A DNA stretch of 60,600 nucleotides, the filler included, from Sphacelaria rigidula (taxonomy: Eukaryota), in the NCBI GenBank assembly GCA_964200075.2. It is 8 parts of 8 records of this genome, joined end to end, with 100 filler letters (N's around TTAATTAATTAA, not from the genome) between each part and the next. Parts side by side here need not be neighbours in the genome. Positions count along the whole stretch, not along the records: positions 22,765 to 30,252 come from CAXNAA020014698.1; positions 30,353 to 37,839 come from CAXNAA020014699.1; 6 more parts are not named here. The stretch is one strand, 5' to 3'. The notes under the pieces are model-generated. The model worked only from the letters and a program-made list of their open reading frames with translations, did not search any database and was not told the DNA's origin. The translations under genes and the position numbers were made by a program. Positions 22,665 through 36,673 of this stretch are shown one piece after another (position 1 is the first letter of the stretch; each line of letters starts with the position of its first letter).

Positions 22665-25060
22665 NNNNNNNNNNNNNNNNNNNNNNNNNNNNNNNNNNNN
22701 NNNNNNNNTTAATTAATTAANNNNNNNNNNNNNNNNNNNNNNNNNNNNNNNNNNNNNNNNNNNNAGCAGAAAGAATAACTCATATGCTAATATGAGCCAG
22801 CACTGCCCCCCGCTTGCCGCGGTGTCGGGCTCACGTTTAGTCTATAAAGCTGCCGCTGTGAAAAATACGGATACGAATCAAGTCTTCCCGCTGCCTATAT
22901 CCAGCCCATGACCTCAGCTACCACGGTAACAACTTCATGTTGTGTCGACCGGCGTCCGGGCTTGCCTATTCGAAGCTTGCGGCCTTTTCGATCGCTTATC
23001 TGTGATCAGCACATCGTGTGTGGCACAACGGTGTGACAGCTAAGCACGTATCTCATCTGCTACAGGTGCGTTTGCTCCGTGCAATGGCTTGAACGATAGC
23101 TAGAGACTGTCTGATTATTTGCCATGTGTTGCTGTGTCCATGCGGGGCTTGTGGGACGGATGCTGAACGCTGACGGGTGAAACAGATTACGTCAAGGCTG
23201 GCGAATGTAACAGAGTATGTCAAAGCTGGCGGATGTAACAGATGACGTCAACACTGACGTAAATAGCAAGACTCCCCCCAAAAGGGAAGGTTCAACATAA
23301 TGTGAAAAATTACTGGCCATATGCGACGTTTTTTAGGGCTCGAAAAAACTCCGGCATCGTGTTCTTCAAAGACGAGGGAATCCAATGAAAGCGACCTCCC
23401 TCACCTGGCGAGAGCCGTCTCAAATGTACGAAAGGAGATACATACAACAACCGATTCCAATTTTTGGGGTTGAACACCAAAATGGAGCTCAAGCGGTATA
23501 TCGTTTTTGCAGGAATGGCGCGAAGCAGTTACACCAAGGAAAACCATCTTCCCCCCAAACATCTGCAGCAGCTAAGCAATTGTGGCTAGGTGCACCGAAC
23601 GAATGCGGTGCACACGCGTGTCAATGACGATACCACCGGAGGAGTAAAGGCAGAGAGGAAGCTCCTCGCCCGTATCCTTCGTGTGTCCTCGCTCGGCGAT
23701 TTCCAATTCCTCGAGAGACTGGCATCATGCATGTTATCAGCATGTTTCCAATTTTCCGTGTGCTGGTAGGTAGGTTATGCTGCACAACCCCCAAAGAACA
23801 TCGAGGTGCCGACGTGTCGTGTCTTCTTGTCTGTGGAGCTTACCAATACAAGGATCGATTCCTCTCTGCCTCTCGTTTGGACAGGACGCGGCTCTGTGCG
23901 CTGCAGAACACGTCGTTGAAAAACAGGGTGATGTTCCCGTCACCGCTACTGTTCTCTGTTGCACACATGCCAGCAAGGACGGTGCTGCGGTAATAACAGT
24001 TCCAACCGCAACTTGGGGGGCATTATTCATCCTTGATTTTACCCGACATGTGTACTCGTACTCGTGCGTGCGCGACGACAAACGCGTGCCACACGCCAGT
24101 TGGGGAAGGTATATGAGTGATCAAACCCTTGTGGAGACGTTTTTGTCATACGGAGTGAAAAAACCAGACCTATGGTAGTGACCTAACAGTTGCTGGCGTG
24201 GTGCATGGGGGTGTCTCCATGCTGCAATCTTGAGCATCTACCCACCCGCTGCGTGTGTCGCGGTAGCTTTCGACAACTCCCAATTGAGGAGGTCATTCAT
24301 TACACGCTGGGGCGAGATATGTTTCACGAGAAACAAGAGTGCTCTATGATCAACCACTCCTCGTTGCATGTGCGACCCACACCAACAACCGCCGAACGCA
24401 AAGGTCTTGCGGCTTGCAGTCAACGCTGGCAGCAGTACGCCAGACAAACCCGGTCGAAGCTAGCTTTCGTTGCTCTCCTGTCTGTTCTGACTGTCACGGC
24501 GTCTGTACAATCACCTCCTTACAACACCGAAATTGACAAGGGTTACAAAAAATATACAGTTCCATTTTTTCAATTCATCCCACACAATGTGAAGGACTCT
24601 CGAGAGCTGCGGGAAAGTGGCCACGTTGGGGTCGGTCAAACGTGCGAAGATACAATCAAGTGGCAATACAAACTATACCGGGATCAGCATCAATCAATCA
24701 GTATAGAACAGCAGTGAAATGGACAGCCTCACGTTCTGAACAGTACACTCTGTACCCGAGACGGTTTGCATGTGGAAAAACGCGGATTTTCGTTAGGAGA
24801 AACACTTTGTTACCCCGTCAGTGTTACATGATCTGGCAAAAACCATGTCGTTGTGTCTCAAATACCTGGTGGGGGGCGGGAAAGCCACCCTCTGATGAAA
24901 GTCCTTTTTATTGTATGGGATGAGTAGGGAAAAGTGGAACTGTTTTTTTTACAGGCGTTGTTAATTTCGGTGTTGTTACGACGTGATTGTACAGACGCGC
25001 CCCAATGCCTGTCACGCACACGGCCCCAATATTGATTGACGAGGCAATAAATTGTTGTGA

Positions 25061-25410
25061 TCAATCATCGGAGGAGAAGGATGCCGGCGATGTGTCCTCT
25101 CTAAGCAGGAATCCATCAGCGTACAAAACCGCCACACAGGACACTGCTGCCGATTGACTGCAGGAGGAAGAGGATTCGGGGGGTATGTCCCCTTCCAGCT
25201 GGAATCCCTCGGCCTGCAGAACTGCCACCCATGACACTGCTGTAGTTCGGCTGCAGGAGAAAGAGGATGTGGGAGGTATGTCCTCTTCGAAAGAATAGGA
25301 TTCCAGAAACATGTCCTCTACAGAGAAAGAGGATGCCGGCGACATGTCCTCGCCGGAGGAAGAGGATACGGGGGGCACGTCCCATCCGGAGGAAGACGTT
25401 TCTGAGGGGA
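25061..25410 (+). repeat. Degenerate coding-like tandem repeat (acidic modules); paralogous block at ~29860-30085
   Basis: Recurrent gacactgctg...caggaggaagaggat...ggtatgtcc units in both places. Confidence 0.75.
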
Positions 25411-26693
25411 AGGGCGAACGCAGTACCACTGCGAACTAGCGAGCTTCAGTTGATTATGATGCGGAGAACATCACCCCTGGGCATGAGAAATCTCCGAAAG
25501 GGACATTCCTCAACAATAATGGCAACCAACCGCTGTAGTAGGCGCAATGTTGCCAAACCCTTACGGATAAGCAGGGAGTCGGAATCCCCAGTACCTCTAG
25601 GAAAAGCGACGTCGACTTCAATGCAGAAGGCCGGCGAGGGCGGAAACTTTAGCGGTAACGACGTTCCCTAGGAACGTGACGTTAGCACCGATAAACGCTC
25701 GGAATCCGGCCCGGGGAATGGTGCACCGAAGATATTTGAAGCCAAACGATCGAACTGGAGGAGAGGACCGGACGAAAAAAACGCCAACTCGTCGAAATCT
25801 CTAGACGGGAAGAGAGAGTCAGAGAAGAGGAATGTCAACGGGTCGAACCCTGCGAAGGGGAAGGGAACATCGAGGGTGAAGCGATCCAGAGTTGTCGGAA
25901 TGACCCCATGCCACGTCCCAGACAGGATGTTATATGATTCGCCTTTACGCGGTTCTCAACGCAGCAGCCTCTTGCCTTTGGCATAGAATCGATTGTCGTA
26001 GCAAGTAGACTTGAAGGCTAAGGGGGCGGGGGCAGGCGACGGAGGGGACGGCGAGGAATTTGCTTCAATTCTCTGTATTTTGTCCGTCCGCATTGGATTG
26101 TCCAGTTGCAATACTGCACAGAACGTGTCTGCATCAACGTTCTACTATCTCCTATCGCAGTACAGAGTGTCAATGAGTGAGTACTTCTTAATAGGCACTA
26201 CATTGTTGTGCGCCACGTTGGGCGTTTCATTGTGGTGCACACTACTATCTCCTCTGAACTCGAGTGAAAGAATCAGTGTTTGAAAGGTAATGCACACGCT
26301 ACTGTTTCCTGTCGGATGACGCCGGCGCGATCTCCGGGGGATAAGCTCACGAATCACCATCGGATAGTTGGCTTCATCGTACATCACAGTACAGACAATA
26401 TCTGATAAAGTACGGCGACGTCCTGCGTGGGCACAGCTGACAGTCACTGGCATGTCAATGTCCCAATGTTCATGTTCCTACTTTTGTAGATACGTATGTC
26501 CCGGAAGTGACACATAAGCATAACCGAATATCCCGATAACGTCGGAAAGGGATCACCGAATGTCCCGATGGTGTCGTAGAGAGGAATACCCGAACGCCCC
26601 CGCGATGAGATATATACAATTTCCGACAGTGGCATGACATTTATTGTCCGTGTTGAGAAGAAAGTAATTATTTTTCATTGCGAGAGCACCAGG

Positions 26694-26890
26694 GTAATGC
26701 GTGAGAGGACCGCGTGCTTCGGAAGTTGAACCCCCCTATGGTTAGCGTTAGGGTTAGAGTTAGTGTTGGGGTTAGGGTCAGGGGCGTGGTACCTGCAAGG
26801 ACTGACCGTATTGGTTTTGAAAAACGTCGATCCTGAGGTATCTGGAACTACGGCGCGGTCCTCTAAGCACGCGGTCCTCTCACGCATTAC
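26694..26890. mobile_element. 197-bp MITE with perfect 26-bp TIRs, AGG TSD and internal TTAGGG-like repeats
   Basis: GTAATGCGTGAGAGGACCGCGTGCTT at 26694-26719 and its exact reverse complement at 26865-26890. AGG flanks both sides. ggttagcgttagggttagagttag at ~26740-26780. Confidence 0.9.
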
Positions 26891-27099
26891 AGGTAGGACC
26901 CGTCTAGAGGTGCAGAATTGTGTGGTCGAGTGTCCCTTTCACGGTAGAAAGTCCCCACAGTAACGTGTAAGCATACCCTTAACGGTCGGTAATGTTGAGG
27001 GCAATGTCATTAGATGAGAGACCGCAGTATTATTTTCATAATTATACAACATAGTATCACTGATGATATACCACGGACAGTACGGGTGGCAGTCTTCTC

Positions 27100-28400
27100 T
27101 GAGTGCATAGTATATGCTCATTCCCCCTGTTGAAGTGTCCACGGACAGCAGCAAGGCATAGTGACTGTGGAACAGAGTGCTGGAATATCTCTACCTCAGC
27201 TTCATCACACGACACAGTATGATCATCTTTGCTCATGCACTAGACGTTGCGCGATAGCATCTCGTGTAGTACTGCTCAAGTCTATTTGAGAGTCGTTCGA
27301 ATATACACGTCCGGATACAAGTATCACTCCTTTTACGTTGGACAGACAGTACAGTGCGATACAAAACGGAATATATATATATATATATATAGCACGTCTG
27401 TGTACTATTCACACTTTGACATTTACGTTGAGATATACACGTCCCGAAATGAATAACCCCCCCCCTTCACGGTGCACAGACAATACAGTGCGGTGCAATA
27501 CGGTACATGGCGCGATATTGTTTGAAAATCACACGTACAGGTTTCTACTCCAACGCATTATCCCTATTTTTGCTTCAATGTACACCACAGTATGATCCCC
27601 TTCACTCATGCAGGATAGACAATATGCGATATCATATCGTGTAGGACTGCTTGTGTGCAGTTTGAAGTCATCAAGAAATACACGTCTCGATATAAATAAC
27701 CCTCCTTTTACGGTGTCCAGACAATACATTGCGGTACGAAACACGAAACATAGCGCAATCTTGGTCGATAGACACACGTGCAGTGTTTTGTTCAGACTGA
27801 ATGTCCCGTTCACAAAGAGGAAATGCCGATTATACCCCAATGATACGCCGCCGACACCGTAACTAGCGATTTCTTCTGTGTGCATAGTGTATGCTCATCC
27901 ATCCCTTTCGAAGTGCCAAAAGGCAGGGGCAAGGCATCGTGACTGCAAGGGGCAGGAAGCTGGAATGTCCCCACTACTACTTACTTATACAATACAGTGT
28001 GATCCTCCTGGCTCGTGTAGCACAATGTGCGATAGGGTATCGTGTAGATCTGCTTGAGCGCAATTTGAAGTTATTGAGATATACACGCCTCGACATGAAC
28101 TTCCTTCCTTCTACGGTGTACAGACAAATACGTTGCGGTACAAAACGGTACATGGAACGGCTTGAGCGCAGTTTGAAGTCAACGTGATAAAAACATCCCG
28201 ACATGAATATCCCTCGTTTTACAGTGTATACACAATAAATTGCGGTACAAAACGGTACATAGCACAGTCTTGGGTTTGGAGGGTCATTCTAACTGGAGAA
28301 CTGCGGATACTACTCTTATCTGTGTACATATTGTATTCTCCACCAATTTTCTGTGGTGTCGAACGACAGCAGGGGATGGTGGCTGTCGTAAAAAATGTCA
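27100..28400. repeat. Degenerate hierarchical tandem repeat array
   Basis: The core atacacg...tttacggtg.acagacaa...tgcggtac recurs at ~27300, 27430, 27680, 28080 and 28190. The larger-unit marker gtgcatagt.tatgctcat recurs at ~27103 and ~27880. Confidence 0.75.
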
Positions 28401-30399
28401 AAATGGACAGGAACCACGGTACAGTGTCATATTGAAACGTGGAACTATGTTCGGTGTTCCGTCCCGAGAGGGTCACCAGTGATAATCTGGTTAATCAGGC
28501 GGCAGAGGACGAAAAACTCATGATGAAATGATAAAGCATCAAATATCTCGACCGTGCCGTCGAGGGACAGCCGTATGTTCAGACAATGTGATGTAGGACG
28601 ATCTGTCGTGGCTCGTTGCAGGGGTATCCGTCCCTTGCCCAGGGACAACTGCCATTGTCCCTGTGCATCTGTCTCCGTGTCCGTTCACGTTCCTTCGTAC
28701 TGTACTGGAGCCTGGGTCACTACTGCACCAGTCACCCTCCCTGTCTGTGCCACTTACCGCCCTCTGCCCCTTTTCCCTTCCCTCGAGGATACCATGTTCC
28801 TTCTTCCTGAATCATCCCCGGCAGAGAAATGATGGTGATTTGGAAGGGGATTACTTCAACGTGTGGTTTGGTTACCTCGTGGAAGGACGGAGGGAGGTGT
28901 TGTCTCCTACACCTGCTTCTTCATCGGGAAGGCGATAGAGGGAGATGTCTGCAATGTCTCAACTCCCTGCCGGTCGGACAACGGCTGTGTCCGCCGGAAT
29001 AAGAAGCCATCGGAAAAGTGTCGGACTTCGCCGAAGCATGATATTATTTCGCCGCACTCCGCTCCTGATTATGTTCCTACGCCGCACGGCGCCCCCGTAG
29101 TGACGCACGTTGCCCCGATTGTCGAGAAGGACGCAAACAGGGAGACCTGGAGCGGAGCAGCTCTTCGACTCGCCCGTCCACGACTACCGCATCCACAGGC
29201 GCACAGAACGGGATCCTGCCCGGGTTCACCCAAAAACACGGGCTTCGTGGAACGGGAATGGAGACATCCGCTGCCGCGCGGGCCGAGAAGGGAGCTGCTG
29301 ATCCGGCGGGCCTCCAGCAAGGACAGCGGAAAATGACCCGTTCATCGCCGCCACGTTCCTTCCCGTCGACTTCTGCTACAGTGTGGCGCCCGTTGTGCCG
29401 GAGAGCAGGCACTCTCGATTGGCTGACGTCAACCGAACGGCGGAGCCAACGGAGGTGACATCCGTGGGGCAACAACCCCCGCTGTCCGTTGTGACCCCGC
29501 TGACGATTCGGCGGAGTATATGTCTAGATCATTATCGCCGGATACGCCGATGGCGCCCGTCGGCAACAAGTCTCCCGCAGTCGGTGGGAATGACTGACCG
29601 CATGGAATACTAGCGGCGTCATCATCAGCAGCTGTTGTTGCGGAGCCGATGGCGCCTCGGAGCACCAAATCTCTCGTGAAGGAGGTGGCATCCGCTGTCC
29701 TTGTTAACACTGCTGCCGATCCGGCGGCGGAGGTAAAGGTTCAGCCGCCCGTAAAGATGGGGACAGCCAAGTCTTCAGTTAGAAGCGAGAACCCTCTGCA
29801 GAATACTCCTACCGATGCATCGGTGGAGCTGCCTACCAAGGCTTCTTCGAGAAGCAGGAATCCCGCGGCCTGCAAGACCGCCACGCAGGACACTGCTGCC
29901 GATCAGGAGGAAACGTATGCGGGGGCTACGTCCTCTTCAACCAGAAAACCCTTTGCCTACAAAACTGATGCGAATGACACTGCTGTCGATCGGCAGCAGG
30001 AGGAAGAGGATTCGGCGGGTACGAGCCGTTCGGACAAAGAAGGTTTTGGCGGTATGTCCTCTCCGGAGAAGGAGGATGGCGACAACCCTTTGATAACGGA
30101 GAGCGAGAATTCTGGGGAAAATATCGTTATGTGCACCATATTTTGAGACAAAAATGAAAGAGGTGGAGTTGAGGGTAGAGGGATGCTACGGTAGGGGTAC
30201 ACAAATCCAAAACACGACTTCTGAAAATATGCGAGAGTACGCCAGGATTACTNNNNNNNNNNNNNNNNNNNNNNNNNNNNNNNNNNNNNNNNNNNNTTAA
30301 TTAATTAANNNNNNNNNNNNNNNNNNNNNNNNNNNNNNNNNNNNNNNNNNNNGCTGCGCTGTGAGCGACCTAGAACTAAAGATCAGAATAATCGTGATA

Positions 30400-30705
30400 T
30401 TAGTTACCTCTATATACATAAACCGACTGTCGCCATTAGGGTGGAGAGACTGAGGGTTTGATTCCCGAAGCGTTGGGTTTTTCTTCGTAATATCTGATCC
30501 CCACCGTGGAAAGCGTGAGAACGTGGGTGAAGGAAGTACTCGACTGAGTTTGCTTGACGTGAGTTGACGCGGTGCGGGAGTGCTGATAGTCATGACCCAC
30601 ACCGCGAGACCAAAATGCAAGGCGTGTACCGGGGGAGAGACGATAGAATGATCCCTTGAGACTGCGGACTCATCCCGAGGAAGGGGAGGGATTCAAGGTG
30701 AGACA
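30400..30705 (+). mobile_element. tRNA-derived SINE, family A (copy 2)
   Basis: B-box-like GGGTTTGATTCCC at ~30454-30466. Homologous to 3580-3850. Followed by a (TA)n run. Confidence 0.7.
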
Positions 30706-32932
30706 TATATATATATATATATATATAGAACAACAATAACAACAAAAACAACTACTACAACATAAATGACAATGTATTGATAAATAATAATGCAGCCATC
30801 GATAGTCCATTCTCCAGGGTGTGTGATCATCTTCTGTGTACTCTCCGCCCGCAACACAAACCCCACGCCTGAAATTAAACTAGTGTCCAAAGTCACACAC
30901 ACGCACGCGTCGTGGTGGCAAGTCTCGCCACTCACTCACTTGCTCTTCTCACTCACTCTTGCAACATCCCGATGTACTCCTTGTACTTGGCCGGATCTCC
31001 GCGGCGATACCTCTTCGCCCCGTCGGCGAACGACAAAACTGCCGACTTGTTTTCCTGAATTTCATTCCGTCATGCACCAGAGTTTTATTCAGCAAGCGAG
31101 TTAGTTTGTCGTCAAATCTTCCACAGCTTGAGACATGCCCAATTTTAGTTCAAGATTGTCAGATCTAGATCTTTAGAGGGGGCTGGCTTGACAGTACCGA
31201 GTGCTCCCTCTCTCCGTGCCCAGCGGGTGATTTGCACACCCTGGACAAAAGAATACACAGCCAAAAATTGTACTGCGTACAGTATCAACTATTGCGCCTA
31301 TTGCAGTAGACAGTACATTCCATACTCTACGCAGTACATTTTTTTACAACATAATCTATTGTTCAGGGTGTGGTGGATTTGCCTTGGACGCCGTATGAGT
31401 ATCCCTAGCCTAATGGTTCTCGATATACCGCGGGTCGGGGTTGGTTAAGGTTAGGGTCAGGGTTAGGGTGAGAGATCAATCTTGAATGCGTCAGCCGTGG
31501 TGATGCGACAAACCCGAGTAAGCTTTTCACCCGTCAGCTCATCATCCGCCATGAAATCATCGAGGTGGTGGTGTGTCTCATGTTTCAATCGCGAAGCCGT
31601 CCATTTATATTCGCACTCAAAAGACGAAGTCACGAATTACAACTGCTACAAATACCGTACGAACGTCAAGGGTAACGTGTGGTGGATACAACTAAGCTTT
31701 CTAACAGGAGGTCGAGCTAGGAGACTGCTGGCGACCTCATCAGTGGTAGTGGTAAACTGCCGAGTCGCAGAACCCTGGAAGATGACCATGACAGGGTGTA
31801 CCGTACCGCAAGTATCATACGCTTTCAGGGTCATTGCCTCACAGAGCACCCAAACTTTGCTAGAGGGGTTGGCCGGAGAGAACACGGAGTATGTTTTAGT
31901 ACCGTACAACAAAAGCCGTGATACAGCTGAAACAATGTGCAGTGCACAGTCCCAATATGCTCGATTGAGATAAGCGACGATTGCCTCCAGATTACCACGA
32001 CTTCCCAAACAAGCCATGAGACTAGGGTCGAAGCTCGTAAGAGTAGGGCGGAGCGTGCACTGCGCCAAGTTGCCGGGGGGGGTTAGTGGGTTCAACTTCC
32101 ACACTGCCTTGAGCAAAGCTTCCCGAACGCTCGAGGCGCCTAACCCATATGGCCGCCACACGGTGATCTAGCCGAGCCTCCAGGTAATCAGCACACGAAC
32201 TCGTTCGTGGGGTAAGTGTTGGGTCAGGGTTTTCTCCTTCCTTCAAGGAAAAAAAAAAAAAGTACGCTGCTCGCATACTCGTAGTAGGGAATGCACACCA
32301 CTTGCAATGCATGATTCTGACAAGACATTTTTCAGAAACAGCGAGATATGAGCACACTCTATCGATTACCCTTAAAAGTGGCCATCGATCCTCGTACTTC
32401 ATGTCCGGTGCAGATCATACTCCACGAACGGTGGTGGTAGGGGTAGAGTACCGTACCCTGAGTACCGCGGGTTTTCAGGTCATTTGCTACACTGTATCGA
32501 ACACCCGAGAGTGCCTGACAAAACGACGGCCGAAAAATACTGAGTGCTTTGGGCTACCCAAGAAATCGCCGACCGAATTAACCCTTGGACCGCGGCGCGG
32601 GCAGTCCATCTGGATCACGCATACATTTTTCAAGTGAATAAATAGTGATACCGATTCAGCAGGTAACCTACCCTCGCAGTCTACAGGCTAAGCACGATTG
32701 TGCTATGTAGGGTATACCGGTGGAATCTATAAATAGGGTATTTACACAAGTGAAAAACGGAATCCGAGCGTTCGGAACAGGGCTCGATATCCTTACGAAG
32801 CACACCGGAATCTTCGTTACACACTTCGGTGCGGCATGATATGTCAACCTGACCCCCCCCACTTCCGGGTACTGCATATACCCTGTAGAACACAGCCTTG
32901 GAATTTACAACTATTCCGCGGTATTCAGGGTA

Positions 32933-33482
32933 TAGTGAGGGGCTCTCAGTAGTGCCCGTTGAATAGTGCCAACGACCTATATAATGCCGGAAAAATCTCC
33001 GGGCACAGTCAGAGCTCGCAGCAGTGCAGGGCGGCACTACTGACAGATGACTCTCAGTAGTGCCGGTTTGAACGGTTTTTTAACATCAACAGTGCCGGTT
33101 CCGGACACACTCACGCACGCCTTACCCCTCACCAACCAAGCACCAGTAGGGGTACAGCAGGGTACGTGCTGCTGCAGACCTTGCAACGTAGGGACACAAC
33201 ATGCCTTGTGCGGAAGGTGAACTGTGCCTGGTGCAGGCCACGACGCCAGAAGGCCGTCATGGCCATGGTTGCTAGGGGACATGTGGCGGAAGGCTCCACG
33301 GTATTTGCGGCAGGATGTTTGGCGACAACGAAATGCACCGCATCTGCAGCAAGTGCCTTCAAAAAAAGGGCAATACTACTGAGGTAGTCAGAGCCCTCAT
33401 TGCACCTGGTAGTGCCGGGCTCTCTGAGTAGTGCCGGTGTCCGTGGTGGGCACATACCGGCACGACTGAGAGCCCCCCACTG
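32933..33482. mobile_element. Tc1/mariner-like non-autonomous element with internal AGTAGTGCCGG repeats
   Basis: Imperfect TIRs tagtgaggggctctcagtagtgcccgt / accggcacgactgagagccccccactg, with TA on the left flank. Nested in an older GGGTA/TACCC-rich repeat (~32440-33685). Confidence 0.65.
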
Positions 33483-35707
33483 TGTACAGTACCCGAAGAA
33501 ATGGAGTATTTCCAACGACACAGGGGTGTTGGGCTGCCAAAATCGAAACTCTTTCAGCATATTTGAAAATATGGAATGTCGAAGATACGGAGTATTCGAG
33601 GATACCCGGGTATCATCACCTACCGAGAATTAACATGTATTTTTCTGGTATACCCACTGCAAAATACCCTGACCCGTGACCTAGCGTTCACACGCCCACC
33701 ATTGCAACTCTGAACGGCGATTGTATATGCCGTAGGCCACTGTGAATTTTCATTACATGCATCGTACCCGCGGATCGCGATCTATCTGGAAATGACATCC
33801 ACGAGTGCTTCTGTATGACAACAGGCATATCGAAGTAAAACTTGGCTCGTGGACCGAAGACAAGAGCTGAATAGTTCTCAATCCAGAGCAAGCGACAGGG
33901 AAGCGAATTGCCTTCTCTTGCATCTGATCAGTCTGAACGCACGGTGAACACACGGTGCTATTCGAGCATTCTTTTCCCCGAAAATGGGCTTCTTTGGCGT
34001 ACGCTGAGCTCTCTCACCTCCGGCGTCAACACCCTAATGCCATCCTCGCCTCCTCCGTATCGTGTGGCCTGCCGAACAAATATGGATCATGGCGCACGAC
34101 AACGCACACAAAAATAGACTCAAGGACACAATAAAAGACAGGTATCACTAACTTGCGGAAGTTGATGGGCTGTGGGAGGGGGAGGGGGGTAATCATCACC
34201 CAACGCTTGGTAAGACAGGTATCAGAGGAGGCACGAGGGAAATTCCTTGATACTTCGGCCTCGTCCCAAGGAAGGTGAGGTAGTTGCACACAAGTAACAA
34301 CAAAAAAGACGCAAGGGAAGCTCGATACAATATGTGGAATATGACATCTGAGTCGGAACACATGAGGCACGTCTGAACGGCGCCAACTACGGTAGGGATT
34401 GGTGGTAGAAATACGGTGGTGGACCATGCTGTCTACGTGTTACTACGAACACAAACAGTGCGGATACGATAACAAGGAACGGACAGGTAACATTCAATAT
34501 TTTTGCGACCCACCAGTTCGAGAAGCAACCGACTACAGGGAAAGTCGAGAGTTGGATTACAGTGCACAGTGCGTCCTTTGGACGCGGCCGTACATGAGTG
34601 GTGTCAGCGCTGTATGACTGGTCTCGCAGCCCTCTTTTGTACCGATTCGAACTCCTAACACGACGACCCGTCGAGGCGTTGTGCGCGTGATTTACGTGTG
34701 ATCTTTCCGGTATCTCCGACGTGTGTCCGACTTTGCGTAAGTTGTACGGAAATAAGTGGCTGCTAGAGCTAGTTCGAAGCGTTTCAGTCCTGAATTTTGA
34801 GTTTTACCCTGGTCAAACACAGAAAGCCCGAACACCAAATGCGTGCTAGTTAATCATCGTCATACTCTTCCCGTAGGAAAGAGACCCCGCACGCCCGATA
34901 AAAACCTTGATGAAAATCCCGTTGGGGGAAAGAAATAAAAAACTATCCATTTTTTAAGCAAATCCTTCGGGGGATGAAAACGTAAACCCGAAGGTGATCG
35001 AATCCATGGATGATGCGTCAAGTAGTCCCACGTACTCTCAGTCGACACCGATCATAGACGCACCGATACACTGTCCTGTCTGTAGTACAGCAGTATCCCA
35101 ACATCGGAGTATATAACCATGTTGTGCGGCGGAGCAACACGTGAGGAGAGAACCTACATCTCTCGAAGAAAGAACATACCCATCGCTTGTGGAACAATAG
35201 GGTGCTGGGTAGTCGATTGCAAGTGAACGGAGCGGGTGCATGAACAAAATCATGTCCAGATCATGCCGCAAGCGCATCACGGAAATTCAAAGGGGCTTGC
35301 TGGCGAACTGACGGATGATGTTGAATACGCTTACGTAAATGCCCCGCACGAGTCAAGAAATTGTTTTTTCAGTCAACGCACAGATCTCGTTGCAAGGACT
35401 TCAAATGCCCCATCCTGGGTACCCACCGCCCGACCGTGCACCGCCCAAACACCCCTTTGGAGCAGACTGCATGTACTGAACGCAAAGAAACGTCACCACT
35501 GACTTCCTCATCTTGACGCCATATCAAGAACCTCGTAGTAGACCGCAGAGGTCACATCAAATCCAGACAAACGCATCGATCCGTCACCTGCAAATCGGAC
35601 ATTGTACTGCAAGCCAGATGCAATGGAATACAAGGGCGCCACCTGTCGACAAACGACCGAACGCCGTGCGATACTGCACTCGATTGCACGATGTCTTGTA
35701 AGCTCAC

Positions 35708-36007
35708 CCGAGATACAGGTGGAGGCATCATAGTAGAACCTGTACCCGACAGCTGCAAAGGTCTACCCCCCCTTTGCCTGGCTCTCCTGTCCCAGATGTA
35801 TCGAGGCGGTGTCCTGTTCTCGTCTGCGTCCAGAGAGGATCGTGGTTGGGGTAATGGGGTGGTACAACCGCGCAGCGTCGTAGCTGCTGCAGCACTGTTG
35901 ATGTCGCTGCCTGACTTGACCCAGGAGATTCGATGAAAGGCATCAACAACCGCTGGACTCGTCACCAATAGCACTGCAAACGCACAAGCGCCCAAGAAGT
36001 ACTTCAT
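35708..36007 (-). CDS. Putative first exon of a plastid-targeted protein (downstream exons unresolved, possibly pseudogene)
   Basis: MKYFLGACAFAVLLVTSPAVVDA-FHRI: hydrophobic signal peptide, AF cleavage motif and S/T/R/A-rich transit-like stretch. Ends at a CGG|GTGAGC donor. Confidence 0.55.
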
Positions 36008-36673
36008 ATTGCCCCTCCCCAAGTGCAACCGGCTTCTTCGAGGAAATCGGGGTGTCCTGTAATACAATACTAATTTCAATATAGAGATCTAAGCCACAGC
36101 AAAGCAGTATACGGTCCGCCCTAGTGCCGCTTGCGCGCCGATTTACTCTCGTCTACTCCTCCGCCTTCTAGGGTTTATTTACAGAAACTTTGGGTATATT
36201 GTAGGATGGTCAAATTCTACTAGTTGATGAGAACAGCTATCTTCAACGGTGAAGGGCTGAAGATGATCACAGGCAACGCTTGAAGCTTTGAAGTGCTCTT
36301 GGTCAGGTACTCGAATTTAATTCAGGATCTTTACCAAAATTATCGTTGTCCAGACCCGTGGTCGAACGTCGAGAGGAGAACTAAAATTATCGCGTTGTAA
36401 ATCAAAGGCGACTGAAAACTAGCCCCTCTTTTGGCAGCACGTAGACACCGTAGGTAGAAAGTTGAGGAGAAGGATTCATGCGCTCAATGAAACTACGCAG
36501 GGATGAGTGCGGAAACTCCATGAAGGGGTTGAAAACCCTTGCTAATGACTCATGAATGGAGTATAACATCATGGAATATGGCTCAACTGTATCCTAACCC
36601 CCTCTCGTCCTCGATCCTTAGTCACACGGACCTCGCTTCTTGTAGGTCAAGAGAGGAGTGTGCTGCGCCTAAG

